From Candidatus Latescibacterota bacterium (GTDB lineage: Bacteria > Latescibacterota > UBA2968), in contig OZ242195.1 of assembly GCA_965205975.1 (NCBI GenBank), positions 3,456,001 to 3,520,000 of the forward strand: a stretch of 64,000 nt of DNA. Reading direction: 5' to 3'. The translations under genes were made by a program, and so were the position numbers. A model generated the notes under the pieces. The model was not told the origin of the DNA. It worked only from the letters and a program-made list of their open reading frames with translations, and ran no database searches. Position 1 is the first letter of the stretch; each line of letters opens with the position of its first letter. Shown piece by piece: positions 30,907 through 40,413 of this stretch.

Positions 30907-32056
30907 TACCTTCTTTTTTCGCGACGGGCGTCCTTTTACAAAAGGTGAACAGTCTGAAGGTCATTCAATTTTTCCACCCCTTCCCTCGACAGTTCTCGGT
31001 GCGTTGCGTACTGCATACATCGCTGAATTTGGTGATCTATCGCTTTTCTATTCCGGCGGGATGCGAGAGACGATTGGTACGCCGGAATCATTGGACAATG
31101 CTATTCAAGTGCGCAGTGTTTTTCTTGCAAATAAGCGAAACAATCAGATGGATCGAATGGAAATATTTTTTCCGGTGCCCCTTGATCTGGTATATAAAAA
31201 AACAAAAACTGAAAAGAGAGATGATCATACCCTCCTTCATTTACTGGTGCCGCAATCTAAAAATTTTGTGTCGAATGGGATAATCAGCACGCCACTTACA
31301 TGGCTAAATTCCGAGTCTATTGATTTCGATGCAGATGGATTGTTGCGACTGGGGGCAATCACACGATACTTACAAGGAAACAGTCAGAACCTGCTTCTTA
31401 CAAATCGGGCAACATTGGTTAAGCGCGAAACCAAAACGGGCATCGCGCGGGATAGACACACTTTGTCATCCGAAGAACACATGTTGTATCGTGTTGATAT
31501 GTCCAGATTTAAAAATAGAGATGGCAATTACGGCTTTTTGGTAGAATATGAATGCTCCAGGAATTTGCCACAAAAAGGACTTTTGAAATTAGGTGGAGAA
31601 GGCAAAGGTTTTGTCTATCAGCACAGCAACTATGATATTGATCCACTGTCCAGCCGTCTTGAGGCAGTCAAACGTGCCATCCAATCAACAAACAGATTCA
31701 AGCTATATTTTGCAACGCCGACCATATTCCGGAACGGATGGTTGCCTTCATGGTTGAATAGCGATACGCTTTCGGGTGAATACCCACTGGAGAATACGGC
31801 ACCAATTTCAATCAAATTAATCACCGCCGCGGTTGGTAAACCTGTTCCTGTTGGCGGATGGGACATGGCAAAAGGTGAGGCAAAACCCACTTATCGCGCA
31901 GTACCTGCTGGTAGCGTCTATTACTTTGAACTGATGGATAAAAATCGAATTGATGATTTAATCGCCGCTTTTCACTACCAAAACATCAGCGAGGAGCGTT
32001 CTGAGGAGGGATTTGGACTTACTCTTATCGGGGTCGCAAAGGAGGGAAATGCATGA
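30881..32056 (+). CDS. cmr3: Cmr3
   Basis: FFRDGRPF, PPLPSTVLGALR, LGGEGK, GGWDM, AVPAGSVY, EGFG. Confidence 0.95.
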   Translation: MKLFLQPNDTFFFRDGRPFTKGEQSEGHSIFPPLPSTVLGALRTAYIAEFGDLSLFYSGGMRETIGTPESLDNAIQVRSVFLANKRNNQMDRMEIFFPVPLDLVYKKTKTEKRDDHTLLHLLVPQSKNFVSNGIISTPLTWLNSESIDFDADGLLRLGAITRYLQGNSQNLLLTNRATLVKRETKTGIARDRHTLSSEEHMLYRVDMSRFKNRDGNYGFLVEYECSRNLPQKGLLKLGGEGKGFVYQHSNYDIDPLSSRLEAVKRAIQSTNRFKLYFATPTIFRNGWLPSWLNSDTLSGEYPLENTAPISIKLITAAVGKPVPVGGWDMAKGEAKPTYRAVPAGSVYYFELMDKNRIDDLIAAFHYQNISEERSEEGFGLTLIGVAKEGNA

Positions 32057-33324
32057 AGACTCTTATAACACCAGTCGGCACATCGCTCTTTACAAACTAT
32101 CTTGACAAGAATGGAGACAGTGCCTTTAGCCACAATTATGAAACAATCGGAAAATCTCCTGCTTCGGAATGGAATGCGTATGATTATGAAATTGAGGATC
32201 TAAAAACGTCCAGTCTTGAATTTATAAAACAAGAAAAGGATTCCGCATCTGCCGAACTTCAGAGTATCACTAAAATTCAAGACAAACTGAAAGAGGACCT
32301 CAAGGTTCGTCTATTTGCCTCAGACACAATTGCTTCGCGATTGGCTGCGGAAATTTTGGCGGATGATACAGTGGCTTCGGTTTTAGGCGATAATATCTCT
32401 GTCGAATTTGATACGCAAACAGATATGATCAAGGGGCTTCAGGTTGAAGATCCCAAAGTCTTTTCGAATGAAGGCATGACCAATCTGATACGAAAGATAG
32501 ACGAAAATGCTGGAGGGTACTGGCCAGCACTTGCGATCAATATCACCGGAGGGTACAAAGCCACCTTGCCATATCTGACGATTTTAGCACAAGTCAAGCG
32601 AGTTCCGCTTTACTACAACTTTGAGGATACTGACGCACTCATCAAAATTCCGCAGTCACCGTTGGTTATTGATTTTGGCTTGATTGAACGCCATTCGGAC
32701 ATTCTCATGCAAATCCATGAGGGGATAGAAAATTGGTCGCAATTCAGAAGCCAACATTACCAAGCTGTTCAAGATTTGGAAGCATTTATTGAAATTGATG
32801 GAAACTACGCTCTCTTGTCACCCATTGGCGAAATTTTTTGGGAGGAGCATCAAAGATACTTTATCGTCGAATTGCCAGGAGGAAGTTATTATAGCTATGA
32901 TGGAGACAAACGTCAGTTAATCGATGCAGCTATTAAAGAGCTTTATGGACGGTTAGATACTGTTCTATCTGATACCTGTCTATTAGACAGTGACATGAAT
33001 CTTATACCTGACAAATGCTACCAAAAAATCCGCAATTTGGGACACAATGACGACTTGAATCACGGTGGACAAATTCCAAACCCGACAAAGCCAAAAAATT
33101 TGGATCGGGAAATCTTCATTTTCAAAGCGACAGGTGGAGTTCATAGACGCTTACTATATAACTTCGAGGTTAAGGAACAAAGGACTACTCGACTTAGAAT
33201 ATTCGATACCCTTTGTGAAGATTTCGATCATAACACGTATATTGCCGATTGGAAAAATAAATTTGGTGATGAAAATTTTCCTGATATCAACTTTGTCACA
33301 CACACATTTGAAATTCCTTCATAG
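32053..33324 (+). CDS. APE2256-type CARF protein with C-terminal RelE-like region (Cami1-like effector candidate)
   Basis: TPVGTS, SAELQSI, SDT, INITGGYKA; C-terminal IFIFK..RRLLYNF..LRIFD..DHNTY. Confidence 0.8.
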   Translation: MKTLITPVGTSLFTNYLDKNGDSAFSHNYETIGKSPASEWNAYDYEIEDLKTSSLEFIKQEKDSASAELQSITKIQDKLKEDLKVRLFASDTIASRLAAEILADDTVASVLGDNISVEFDTQTDMIKGLQVEDPKVFSNEGMTNLIRKIDENAGGYWPALAINITGGYKATLPYLTILAQVKRVPLYYNFEDTDALIKIPQSPLVIDFGLIERHSDILMQIHEGIENWSQFRSQHYQAVQDLEAFIEIDGNYALLSPIGEIFWEEHQRYFIVELPGGSYYSYDGDKRQLIDAAIKELYGRLDTVLSDTCLLDSDMNLIPDKCYQKIRNLGHNDDLNHGGQIPNPTKPKNLDREIFIFKATGGVHRRLLYNFEVKEQRTTRLRIFDTLCEDFDHNTYIADWKNKFGDENFPDINFVTHTFEIPS

Positions 33325-33350
33325 GTTTTATTTAAAAAGGAGAAGCCAAA

Positions 33351-34313
33351 ATGTTTAAACAAGCTAAACCCCTCTTTCTTATCGTCGAAACTCCACTCCA
33401 CGCTGGCAGCGGCAATGATCTTGGCATCGTTGATCTCCCGATCCAGCGGGAGAAGCATACGGATTATCCAAAAATCGAAGCATCCGGACTGAAGGGCAGC
33501 ATACGTGAAATTTTTAATGCTCAAAAAAATAAATCTGAAATAGAACTTGTATTTGGTTCTGAGCAAGGTGACTTACACGCAGGTGCTTTGGGATTTACCG
33601 ATGCACGTCTCTTGCTTTTTCCTGTCAAGTCGGTCAAAGGCGTGTTTGCCTATGTGACATGTCCCGCAGTTTTAGAGCGTTTCAAATACGACCTTTCCAT
33701 CTGCCAGCCGAACATTGTATTTGCTGACGATCTTCCCGGCAGTGATACGGTAACGACAGGGAGCGGACTCATTGTGGAAGATAGAAAAATTGTGCTGGAA
33801 GAATACACATTCGCGGTTAGTGAAAGCCAAGAATGTGATGCTGTTGCAGAGTGGATTGCGAAACAGGTTCTGCCACCGGATTCGGGCTATAACTATTGGC
33901 GCGATAAGATGAAACGGGACCTCGTGGTATTGAGCGATGATGATTTCCGAGATTTTGTGACGCTTTCGACAGAAGTCATTGCCCGCACCAAAATCGACAG
34001 TGAAACCGGTACCGTTGCAAAAGGTGCGCTGTGGTACGAGGAATACTTGCCGGCTGACTCTATTCTCTATTCGCTCGCCTTGACCACACCCATCTTTAAG
34101 GAAAATGACGCCGATAAAGGTATTTTCCAGTTGACCGATCAGGATAAAGAAAAGAAACACGATGAGTCGGAAAAGGTAATGGACTTCTTTGTGGATGGAT
34201 TGCCGAATGTCATTCAGATCGGTGGCAATGCAACCGTGGGTAAGGGTATAGTTCGGACACACGTTTATCAAAATGGAGGAGAAAACCATGCCACAAACTC
34301 CAACAATGCGTAA
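33351..34313 (+). CDS. cmr4: Cmr4 (target RNA cleavage subunit)
   Basis: TPLHAGSG, IVDLPIQRE, DARLLLFPV, LWYEEYLP, QIGGNATVGKG. Confidence 0.96.
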   Translation: MFKQAKPLFLIVETPLHAGSGNDLGIVDLPIQREKHTDYPKIEASGLKGSIREIFNAQKNKSEIELVFGSEQGDLHAGALGFTDARLLLFPVKSVKGVFAYVTCPAVLERFKYDLSICQPNIVFADDLPGSDTVTTGSGLIVEDRKIVLEEYTFAVSESQECDAVAEWIAKQVLPPDSGYNYWRDKMKRDLVVLSDDDFRDFVTLSTEVIARTKIDSETGTVAKGALWYEEYLPADSILYSLALTTPIFKENDADKGIFQLTDQDKEKKHDESEKVMDFFVDGLPNVIQIGGNATVGKGIVRTHVYQNGGENHATNSNNA

Positions 34314-34686
34314 GGGAATTGAACAAGGGCGTGCCAAGTATGCTTTTGAGGCAGTAAGCAGTGTTAATGGTGATAGATTGAAGAAAGAGTATAAATCCGC
34401 TGCAAAGAAACTCCCCGTTTTAATAAAAACGAATGGACTTGGGCAGTCTTTGGCATTCATAAAAAAAAGGAATAATGGGCACGACAGGCTATACGAACAA
34501 ATTGGAAACTGGCTCCAAGCCGTAGATACCAAACAGTTGGTTTCGACTGGCGAACTTGTGGAACAAGTCATCGAACTCAAATCACCCGTCTATCGACAAG
34601 TTACAGTCGAAACCCTCGCGCTACTCAATTGGATTCGCCGATTTGTCGATGGACTCATGGATGATGTGGAGGAGAATGATGCTTAA
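34288..34686 (+). CDS. cmr5: Cmr5 small subunit
   Basis: EQGRAKYA, LPVLIKTNGLGQSLAF, WIRRF. Confidence 0.93.
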   Translation: MPQTPTMRKGIEQGRAKYAFEAVSSVNGDRLKKEYKSAAKKLPVLIKTNGLGQSLAFIKKRNNGHDRLYEQIGNWLQAVDTKQLVSTGELVEQVIELKSPVYRQVTVETLALLNWIRRFVDGLMDDVEENDA

Positions 34687-35761
34687 TTTCCATCCATTGG
34701 ATACGAGGGAACTGGTTCGCTCAAATAATCAGATTGATAATTTCGCGTTGCGTTACCGACATTCCTTGCAGATTACTCGCGATGGTGAAAAATACAAATT
34801 TCAGCTTTCCGATCCGACGTTTAGTAAATCTTATGATGAATTGATTGAGCAGTTGCTGGAACGGCAAACAGAGCAACTCCTGCAATTTGTTATGCGTGGT
34901 ATCATGCTTTACTGCGTTGATGCAAGGGTTGATTGGCGACTAATTGTTGGCCTCGGCAGTGAGCATGTTCAAGAGACAAATATGACACTCCATCATATCT
35001 ATGGCATTCCGTACATTCCCGGAAGTGCTGTGAAAGGCGTGTTGCGGCATTGGTGGTTGCAAGAGAATTTCGACAATAACGAAAACAGAGCACTGAAAGA
35101 TGAAAATTTTCTCGCTCTCTTTGGAAGTCAAAACCGGCGCGGAGAAGTGCAATTTCTCGACGCTTATCCCGAAGAAGTCCATTTTGCGAAAGATATTATG
35201 AATCCTCATTATCCCGAATATTACAGTGGTAGCGCACCTCCAACAGATTCTCAAAATCCAAGACCTATAAATTTTTTAACTGTTGAGAAGACCGCCTTTC
35301 GGTTCGCTTTCTTAGCGAAGAAACAGGAACTTCTCGATAAACTTAAGGCGCGATTTGAAGATGTATTAGAACTGAAGGGCATCGGTGCGAAAACAGCGGT
35401 TGGTTATGGATATTTCCGAAATTTTGAAGATCAGACCGACAAAATTATTGACACATTCAAGCGTCAGCAACAAGCTGAACGGGAAGAAGCGGAAAGACAG
35501 CAAGAAGCCGAGAGATTGGCAAGTCTTTCTCCTGTTGAACAACTTGTCGAAGAATTGAACGGTCTCGCTGACAATTCTGTGGATGAAGCGCGTGTTACCG
35601 ACATCTACAACACAGAACTTCAATCTCTTGAAGGTGATGAGCAAATGATGGTCGCACAGGCATTGAAAGCTTATTGGGAACGTATCAATAAGTGGAGTGG
35701 CGGTTCGAGGAAACAGAGAACAAAGGTGCAAAAGGTTAAGTCAATTTTGGGAGAGAGCTGA
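34679..35761 (+). CDS. cmr6: Cmr6 with C-terminal helical extension
   Basis: RLIVGLG, GIPYIPGSAVKG, FLDAYP, DIMNPHY, GIGAKTAVGYG. Confidence 0.95.
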   Translation: MLNFHPLDTRELVRSNNQIDNFALRYRHSLQITRDGEKYKFQLSDPTFSKSYDELIEQLLERQTEQLLQFVMRGIMLYCVDARVDWRLIVGLGSEHVQETNMTLHHIYGIPYIPGSAVKGVLRHWWLQENFDNNENRALKDENFLALFGSQNRRGEVQFLDAYPEEVHFAKDIMNPHYPEYYSGSAPPTDSQNPRPINFLTVEKTAFRFAFLAKKQELLDKLKARFEDVLELKGIGAKTAVGYGYFRNFEDQTDKIIDTFKRQQQAEREEAERQQEAERLASLSPVEQLVEELNGLADNSVDEARVTDIYNTELQSLEGDEQMMVAQALKAYWERINKWSGGSRKQRTKVQKVKSILGES

Positions 35762-36497
35762 CTATAGTAATCTGGCAAAAATTTTTGGTGAACGGGTGCG
35801 TGAAACAGGAGCAGACTTTTGTGCGATTAACGCGACAGGTGGCTATAAAGCCCAGATCGCCATTGCCGTTCTGATGGGCCAGGCACTCGACATTCCCGTA
35901 TATTACAAGCATGAACGCTTTGATGCCATTATTCCTTTTCCACCTATGCCTGTAGCACTCGATTTTTCGATCTGGCAACAGGCCAGTGGCATGTTTATGG
36001 TACTCAGCAAGGAGGGCATTGTTTCCTGGGAACAGTACCGTGAGGATTGGGATGAACGCTTTGAACCACTGGTCAACCGCGAGGAAATCGATGGCGAGGA
36101 CTATCTGGAACTCTCGGCGACGGGCCAGATCTTTCACGAGACCTTCCGAACCCGTTTTCAGCAGATAAAGGCCCATAGTCTTCCGCGATCAGCAACAGGG
36201 AATGAGAAGCAGACTCCCAATCTGGGCCACCATGGATACGGACAAGCACGAACTTCCATTTTGCGTTTTCTGCAAAAGCTCACAGATGAAGTGCCTTACG
36301 TCCGCTTTTGCCACTCAACGTATTGGAACCCGGACCTGCCTGAATCAAATCGGTTTCGGCCATCGGGTGGGGAAGTCCAGGGCATATACTCCAATGGAAC
36401 CTATTGCGTGAAATTTAAGGTGCATACAACATCAGATGATCAGGATGTATTACCCGGCATTGTGGCCGATCTCAATGACTGGATAGAGAAAGTTTAA
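35762..36497 (+). pseudogene. N-terminally truncated second APE2256-type CARF gene
   Basis: Begins mid-domain (NLAKIF..CAINATGGYKAQ..PVYYKHERF); lacks the VGTS N-terminus and a plausible RBS/start. Confidence 0.7.
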
Positions 36498-36499
36498 AA

Positions 36500-36834
36500 G
36501 CGCGTTCGCAGGGGTGTCAGACCTGTCTTGCTTCAATTAGAACAAGTACCTATTTTGCAAGTTATAGACCCATTCAACCCGGTGGATGCGACCCACCTGC
36601 GCCGGTCAATGTCACACTGGCAGTTTGAGCGTGTAGAAAACAAGAGGCGTGAGGATTAGAGGTATTTCCTCATGTTCTGGTGGGTCGCAAATTTCTAACT
36701 TTTTGCAGGAGTGTGTATTATGAACAGAGAATCGAAAGCAATTTTTCATTTTTGGAAGGATTTTGTATGTCAAAATGGCCTGAGTCGCAAACCGCCTTGT
36801 AACTATCTGCAACAGAGGGAATAACACAGACGGT
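36500..36834 (+). promoter_or_regulatory. CRISPR leader region
   Basis: Non-coding region 5' of the first repeat; repeats end ATTGAAAC on + and degenerate copies lie at the far end. Confidence 0.7.
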
Positions 36835-39800
36835 ATCAGGAAGGATTACCCGACTACTGGGGTATTGAAACCGTATCTTCGAGATGGATCGACATGGGGC
36901 GACTGTAATTGTAAATCAGGAAGGATTACCCGACTACTGGGGTATTGAAACTCATTGTCAAGAGGTGGGGCATCTGTGTTGGGGTTGATTGTCCAATCAG
37001 GAAGGATTACCCGACTACTGGGGTATTGAAACTCTACTTGTCCCCGTCAATCACGCGGACGATTGTTGCGTATCAGGAAGGATTACCCGACTACTGGGGT
37101 ATTGAAACTATCTCGGCATTGCGACCTTGCCACATAATTTGTCTCTTCATCAGGAAGGATTACCCGACTACTGGGGTATTGAAACTCTTTTGAGTTTTTG
37201 TGCAAATCAAATAAGGTTCTGTGTATCAGGAAGGATTACCCGACTACTGGGGTATTGAAACATATCAACGTTGAATTTGATCGTAAACAGGTGGCATTGT
37301 GTATCAGGAAGGATTACCCGACTACTGGGGTATTGAAACTTAGAACACGTCACAGAATGCCCCCAGGGGCACAGAAACATCAGGAAGGATTACCCGACTA
37401 CTGGGGTATTGAAACTTATATATCCTTTTTGATATTCGTGCTTCTCTACGTCCATCAGGAAGGATTACCCGACTACTGGGGTATTGAAACCGGATAGCTT
37501 TGTTGTTGATCGTGGACTTCGTCTGTTCCGATCAGGAAGGATTACCCGACTACTGGGGTATTGAAACGTAAAGTCTAATCGTCAAAGTTGGACCTTCTGA
37601 GTATATCAGGAAGGATTACCCGACTACTGGGGTATTGAAACGATTATCGGTCACCGTCTATGCACCCTTGAGTGGTTGGCCGATCAGGAAGGATTACCCG
37701 ACTACTGGGGTATTGAAACTCATTCTTCTGTCATTCGCCATACAATGTTCCCCTTTATCAGGAAGGATTACCCGACTACTGGGGTATTGAAACCAGTCCG
37801 ATCATTGTAAAAGCCATTCATGATGTCTTTATCAGGAAGGATTACCCGACTACTGGGGTATTGAAACGAACAATGAGGCAATTTTCCAAACTGATCGGGG
37901 GTCAAAAACATCAGGAAGGATTACCCGACTACTGGGGTATTGAAACTATCCAGCAACTCGCCCCAACTTCACTCTGAACCTTGCGCCAAATCAGGAAGGA
38001 TTACCCGACTACTGGGGTATTGAAACCTCTCTATTGTCGCCGCACCTGATTGTCGTTGAATCCATCAGGAAGGATTACCCGACTACTGGGGTATTGAAAC
38101 TTAAATCTCTCATCACGCGACCTCATTACGCCGTACCACATCATCAGGAAGGATTACCCGACTACTGGGGTATTGAAACCAAACGTTGCCGCGCGCCGTT
38201 CTTGCACAATTTGACGCATCGATCAGGAAGGATTACCCGACTACTGGGGTATTGAAACCTGCGATTATTGCGTCGTGATCGGTCCAATGGTCGTTCGCTG
38301 ACATCAGGAAGGATTACCCGACTACTGGGGTATTGAAACTTGACTGCGATAAGACAGGCGTTGCCTGATTACGTGCGCTCATCAGGAAGGATTACCCGAC
38401 TACTGGGGTATTGAAACTTGACGGGTTAGCCGCATGCAAGCGGTCGGCTGCCATTATCAGGAAGGATTACCCGACTACTGGGGTATTGAAACCGGTTCAG
38501 CATCCGAATATCCCCCATAACGCCATGCAATATCAGGAAGGATTACCCGACTACTGGGGTATTGAAACTCTGTCGCTGCTGCTCACGCATAATCTGTGCC
38601 ATACCAATCAGGAAGGATTACCCGACTACTGGGGTATTGAAACTCAGACTACGAACTTGTAGGCCAGAGTGTTGTTATTATCAGGAAGGATTACCCGACT
38701 ACTGGGGTATTGAAACTTGTCCCAGAAGGGGCCACTTGGGCAAGCCCTGGACAACAAATCAGGAAGGATTACCCGACTACTGGGGTATTGAAACAATACT
38801 CAACTTCGTTCTTCATCACCCACAACCTTCAATCAGGAAGGATTACCCGACTACTGGGGTATTGAAACTTATGCATGCAGCGAAAGCCATAATAAAGGCG
38901 ATTTCGTCATCAGGAAGGATTACCCGACTACTGGGGTATTGAAACCGACCCCTTGCCGTCGCCATACCCACTGCCATCATCGTATCAGGAAGGATTACCC
39001 GACTACTGGGGTATTGAAACTTTGTGTGGGCTGAAACCAACACAACAGAAAGTTTTGACATCAGGAAGGATTACCCGACTACTGGGGTATTGAAACTCAC
39101 GCAGACCATCTAAGCTGTCGCACATCTCCTCGCCATATCAGGAAGGATTACCCGACTACTGGGGTATTGAAACCAAACTCTCGACCGAGCAAAACTCCCC
39201 GACGTTTTGGCTAATCAGGAAGGATTACCCGACTACTGGGGTATTGAAACCTTTTTTAATGCTCGGAAACCCTTGTTTTTCAACATTTTAATCAGGAAGG
39301 ATTACCCGACTACTGGGGTATTGAAACTTTTCAGGATGTTTTTCTTTCTTTGTTTTCCAACTTTTTCAATCAGGAAGGATTACCCGACTACTGGGGTATT
39401 GAAACTGATTTACGCGAAAAACTGCCCGTATGTTTTCGTTTTTTAATCAGGAAGGATTACCCGACTACTGGGGTATTGAAACTATTCGGCATATAGTGCT
39501 GGGAATATTGACCCAGTCATCAGGAAGGATTACCCGACTACTGGGGTATTGAAACTCGAGTTGCCCGGCTCAAAAAGCGGAAAGGAATACATGCATCAGG
39601 AAGGATTACCCGACTACTGGGGTATTGAAACCTTTGTTCGCGCAGGCTTATTCGCTGTTGATCGCTGTTGATCAGGAAGGATTACCCGACTACTGGGGTA
39701 TTGAAACTCACTTCTCAACCCACGCTTTGCGGCGGCGTTGCACCGCTGCATCAGGAAGGATTACCCGACTACTGGGGTATTGAAACAGTATTTTTTGATA

Positions 39801-39840
39801 TATGCCCGAATGGCCGTGCGTTCCGCTATATCAGGAAGGA
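36835..39840 (+). CRISPR. Main array: 39 identical 37-bp repeats, 39 spacers of about 36-44 bp, then an 11-bp partial repeat cut by a MITE
   Basis: Repeat ATCAGGAAGGATTACCCGACTACTGGGGTATTGAAAC counted manually from 36835 to 39786; partial ATCAGGAAGGA at 39830-39840. Confidence 0.98.
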
Positions 39841-40064
39841 ACGCGATGTGTGACTTCAAAACCGCCACATAGAAATACCGATAAAGTAGGTATAAGAAAG
39901 TCAAAACCACTGGATTACTGGCGTTGTCCTTGCGCGTGGCGGCTAACACCCTGCCGCAATGACGGGCGAGGCATGCCTCGCCCCTACAAAAATCCTTATT
40001 GCGCTGACAGCTGACCACTCATTGCTTGTTTTCTTGACCATTATTCAAAAGTCACACCTGACGT
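39841..40064. mobile_element. IS982-end MITE inserted in a CRISPR repeat, carrying a REP copy
   Basis: ACGCGATGTGTGACTTCAAAA ... AAAAGTCACACCTGACGT; flanks CAGGAAGGA / CAGGCATGA. Confidence 0.8.
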
Positions 40065-40074
40065 CAGGCATGAG

Positions 40075-40111
40075 GTCAGGAAAGATTACCCGATTACTGG
40101 GGTATTGAAAC
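40075..40111 (+). CRISPR. Degenerate trailer repeat (3 mismatches)
   Basis: GTCAGGAAAGATTACCCGATTACTGGGGTATTGAAAC. Confidence 0.85.
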
Positions 40112-40122
40112 TGTGCTCGGAT

Positions 40123-40156
40123 GTGCGTTTTTGCACAGATGCGTGCATTTTTGCAC
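40123..40156. promoter_or_regulatory. Putative enhancer (UAS) pair 3
   Basis: GTGCGTTTTTGCAC (40123-40136) and GTGCATTTTTGCAC (40143-40156). Confidence 0.8.
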
Positions 40157-40228
40157 ATCTGTTTCCACCTGATGAGCACCTGTTTGGGATCTTTTTGCAA
40201 AAAAACCGCGAAAAAGGAACAAAAAAAG

Positions 40229-40257
40229 AAAATCCTCATTTTTTTGAGGATTTTTTT
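40229..40257 (+). terminator. Hairpin plus U-tract just upstream of P3
   Basis: AAAATCCTCA-TTTTTT-TGAGGATTTT followed by further Ts. Confidence 0.6.
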
Positions 40258-40259
40258 CT

Positions 40260-40276
40260 TTGGCACGCTTTTTGCA
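40260..40276 (+). promoter_or_regulatory. sigma54 promoter P3 (mini-array)
   Basis: TTGGCACGCTTTTTGCA, GG-N10-GC; predicted +1 near 40287, about 6 nt before the repeat. Confidence 0.9.
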
Positions 40277-40292
40277 TATAAATAGGGCGATC

Positions 40293-40405
40293 ATCAGGAA
40301 GGATTACCCGACTACTGGAGTATTGAAACCTGGGCGAGGCATGCCTCGCCCCTACATCCACACCAACACCAGGAAGGATTACCCGCTTTATTGGGATCGT
40401 GAAAT
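40293..40405 (+). CRISPR. Mini-array: repeat (1 mismatch) + 38-nt self-matching spacer + degenerate repeat
   Basis: Repeat 40293-40329; spacer CTGGGCGAGGCATGCCTCGCCCCTACATCCACACCAAC 40330-40367; ACCAGGAAGGATTACCCGCTTTATTGGGATCGTGAAAT 40368-40405. Confidence 0.88.
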
Positions 40406-40413
40406 CTTTTTTC

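Noticed and set aside
36500..36834. sigma54 promoter or UAS pair for the main array
   Set aside because: No TGGCAC-type GG-N10-GC motif or GTGC-N6-GCAC pair seen in the leader
36872..39829. Self-matches or duplicates among main-array spacers
   Set aside because: None found by eye within the window; targets need a BLAST search, so none are claimed
36945..39853. ORFs with repeating IRKDYPTTGVLK / QEGLPDYWGIET
   Set aside because: Translations of the CRISPR repeats, not genes
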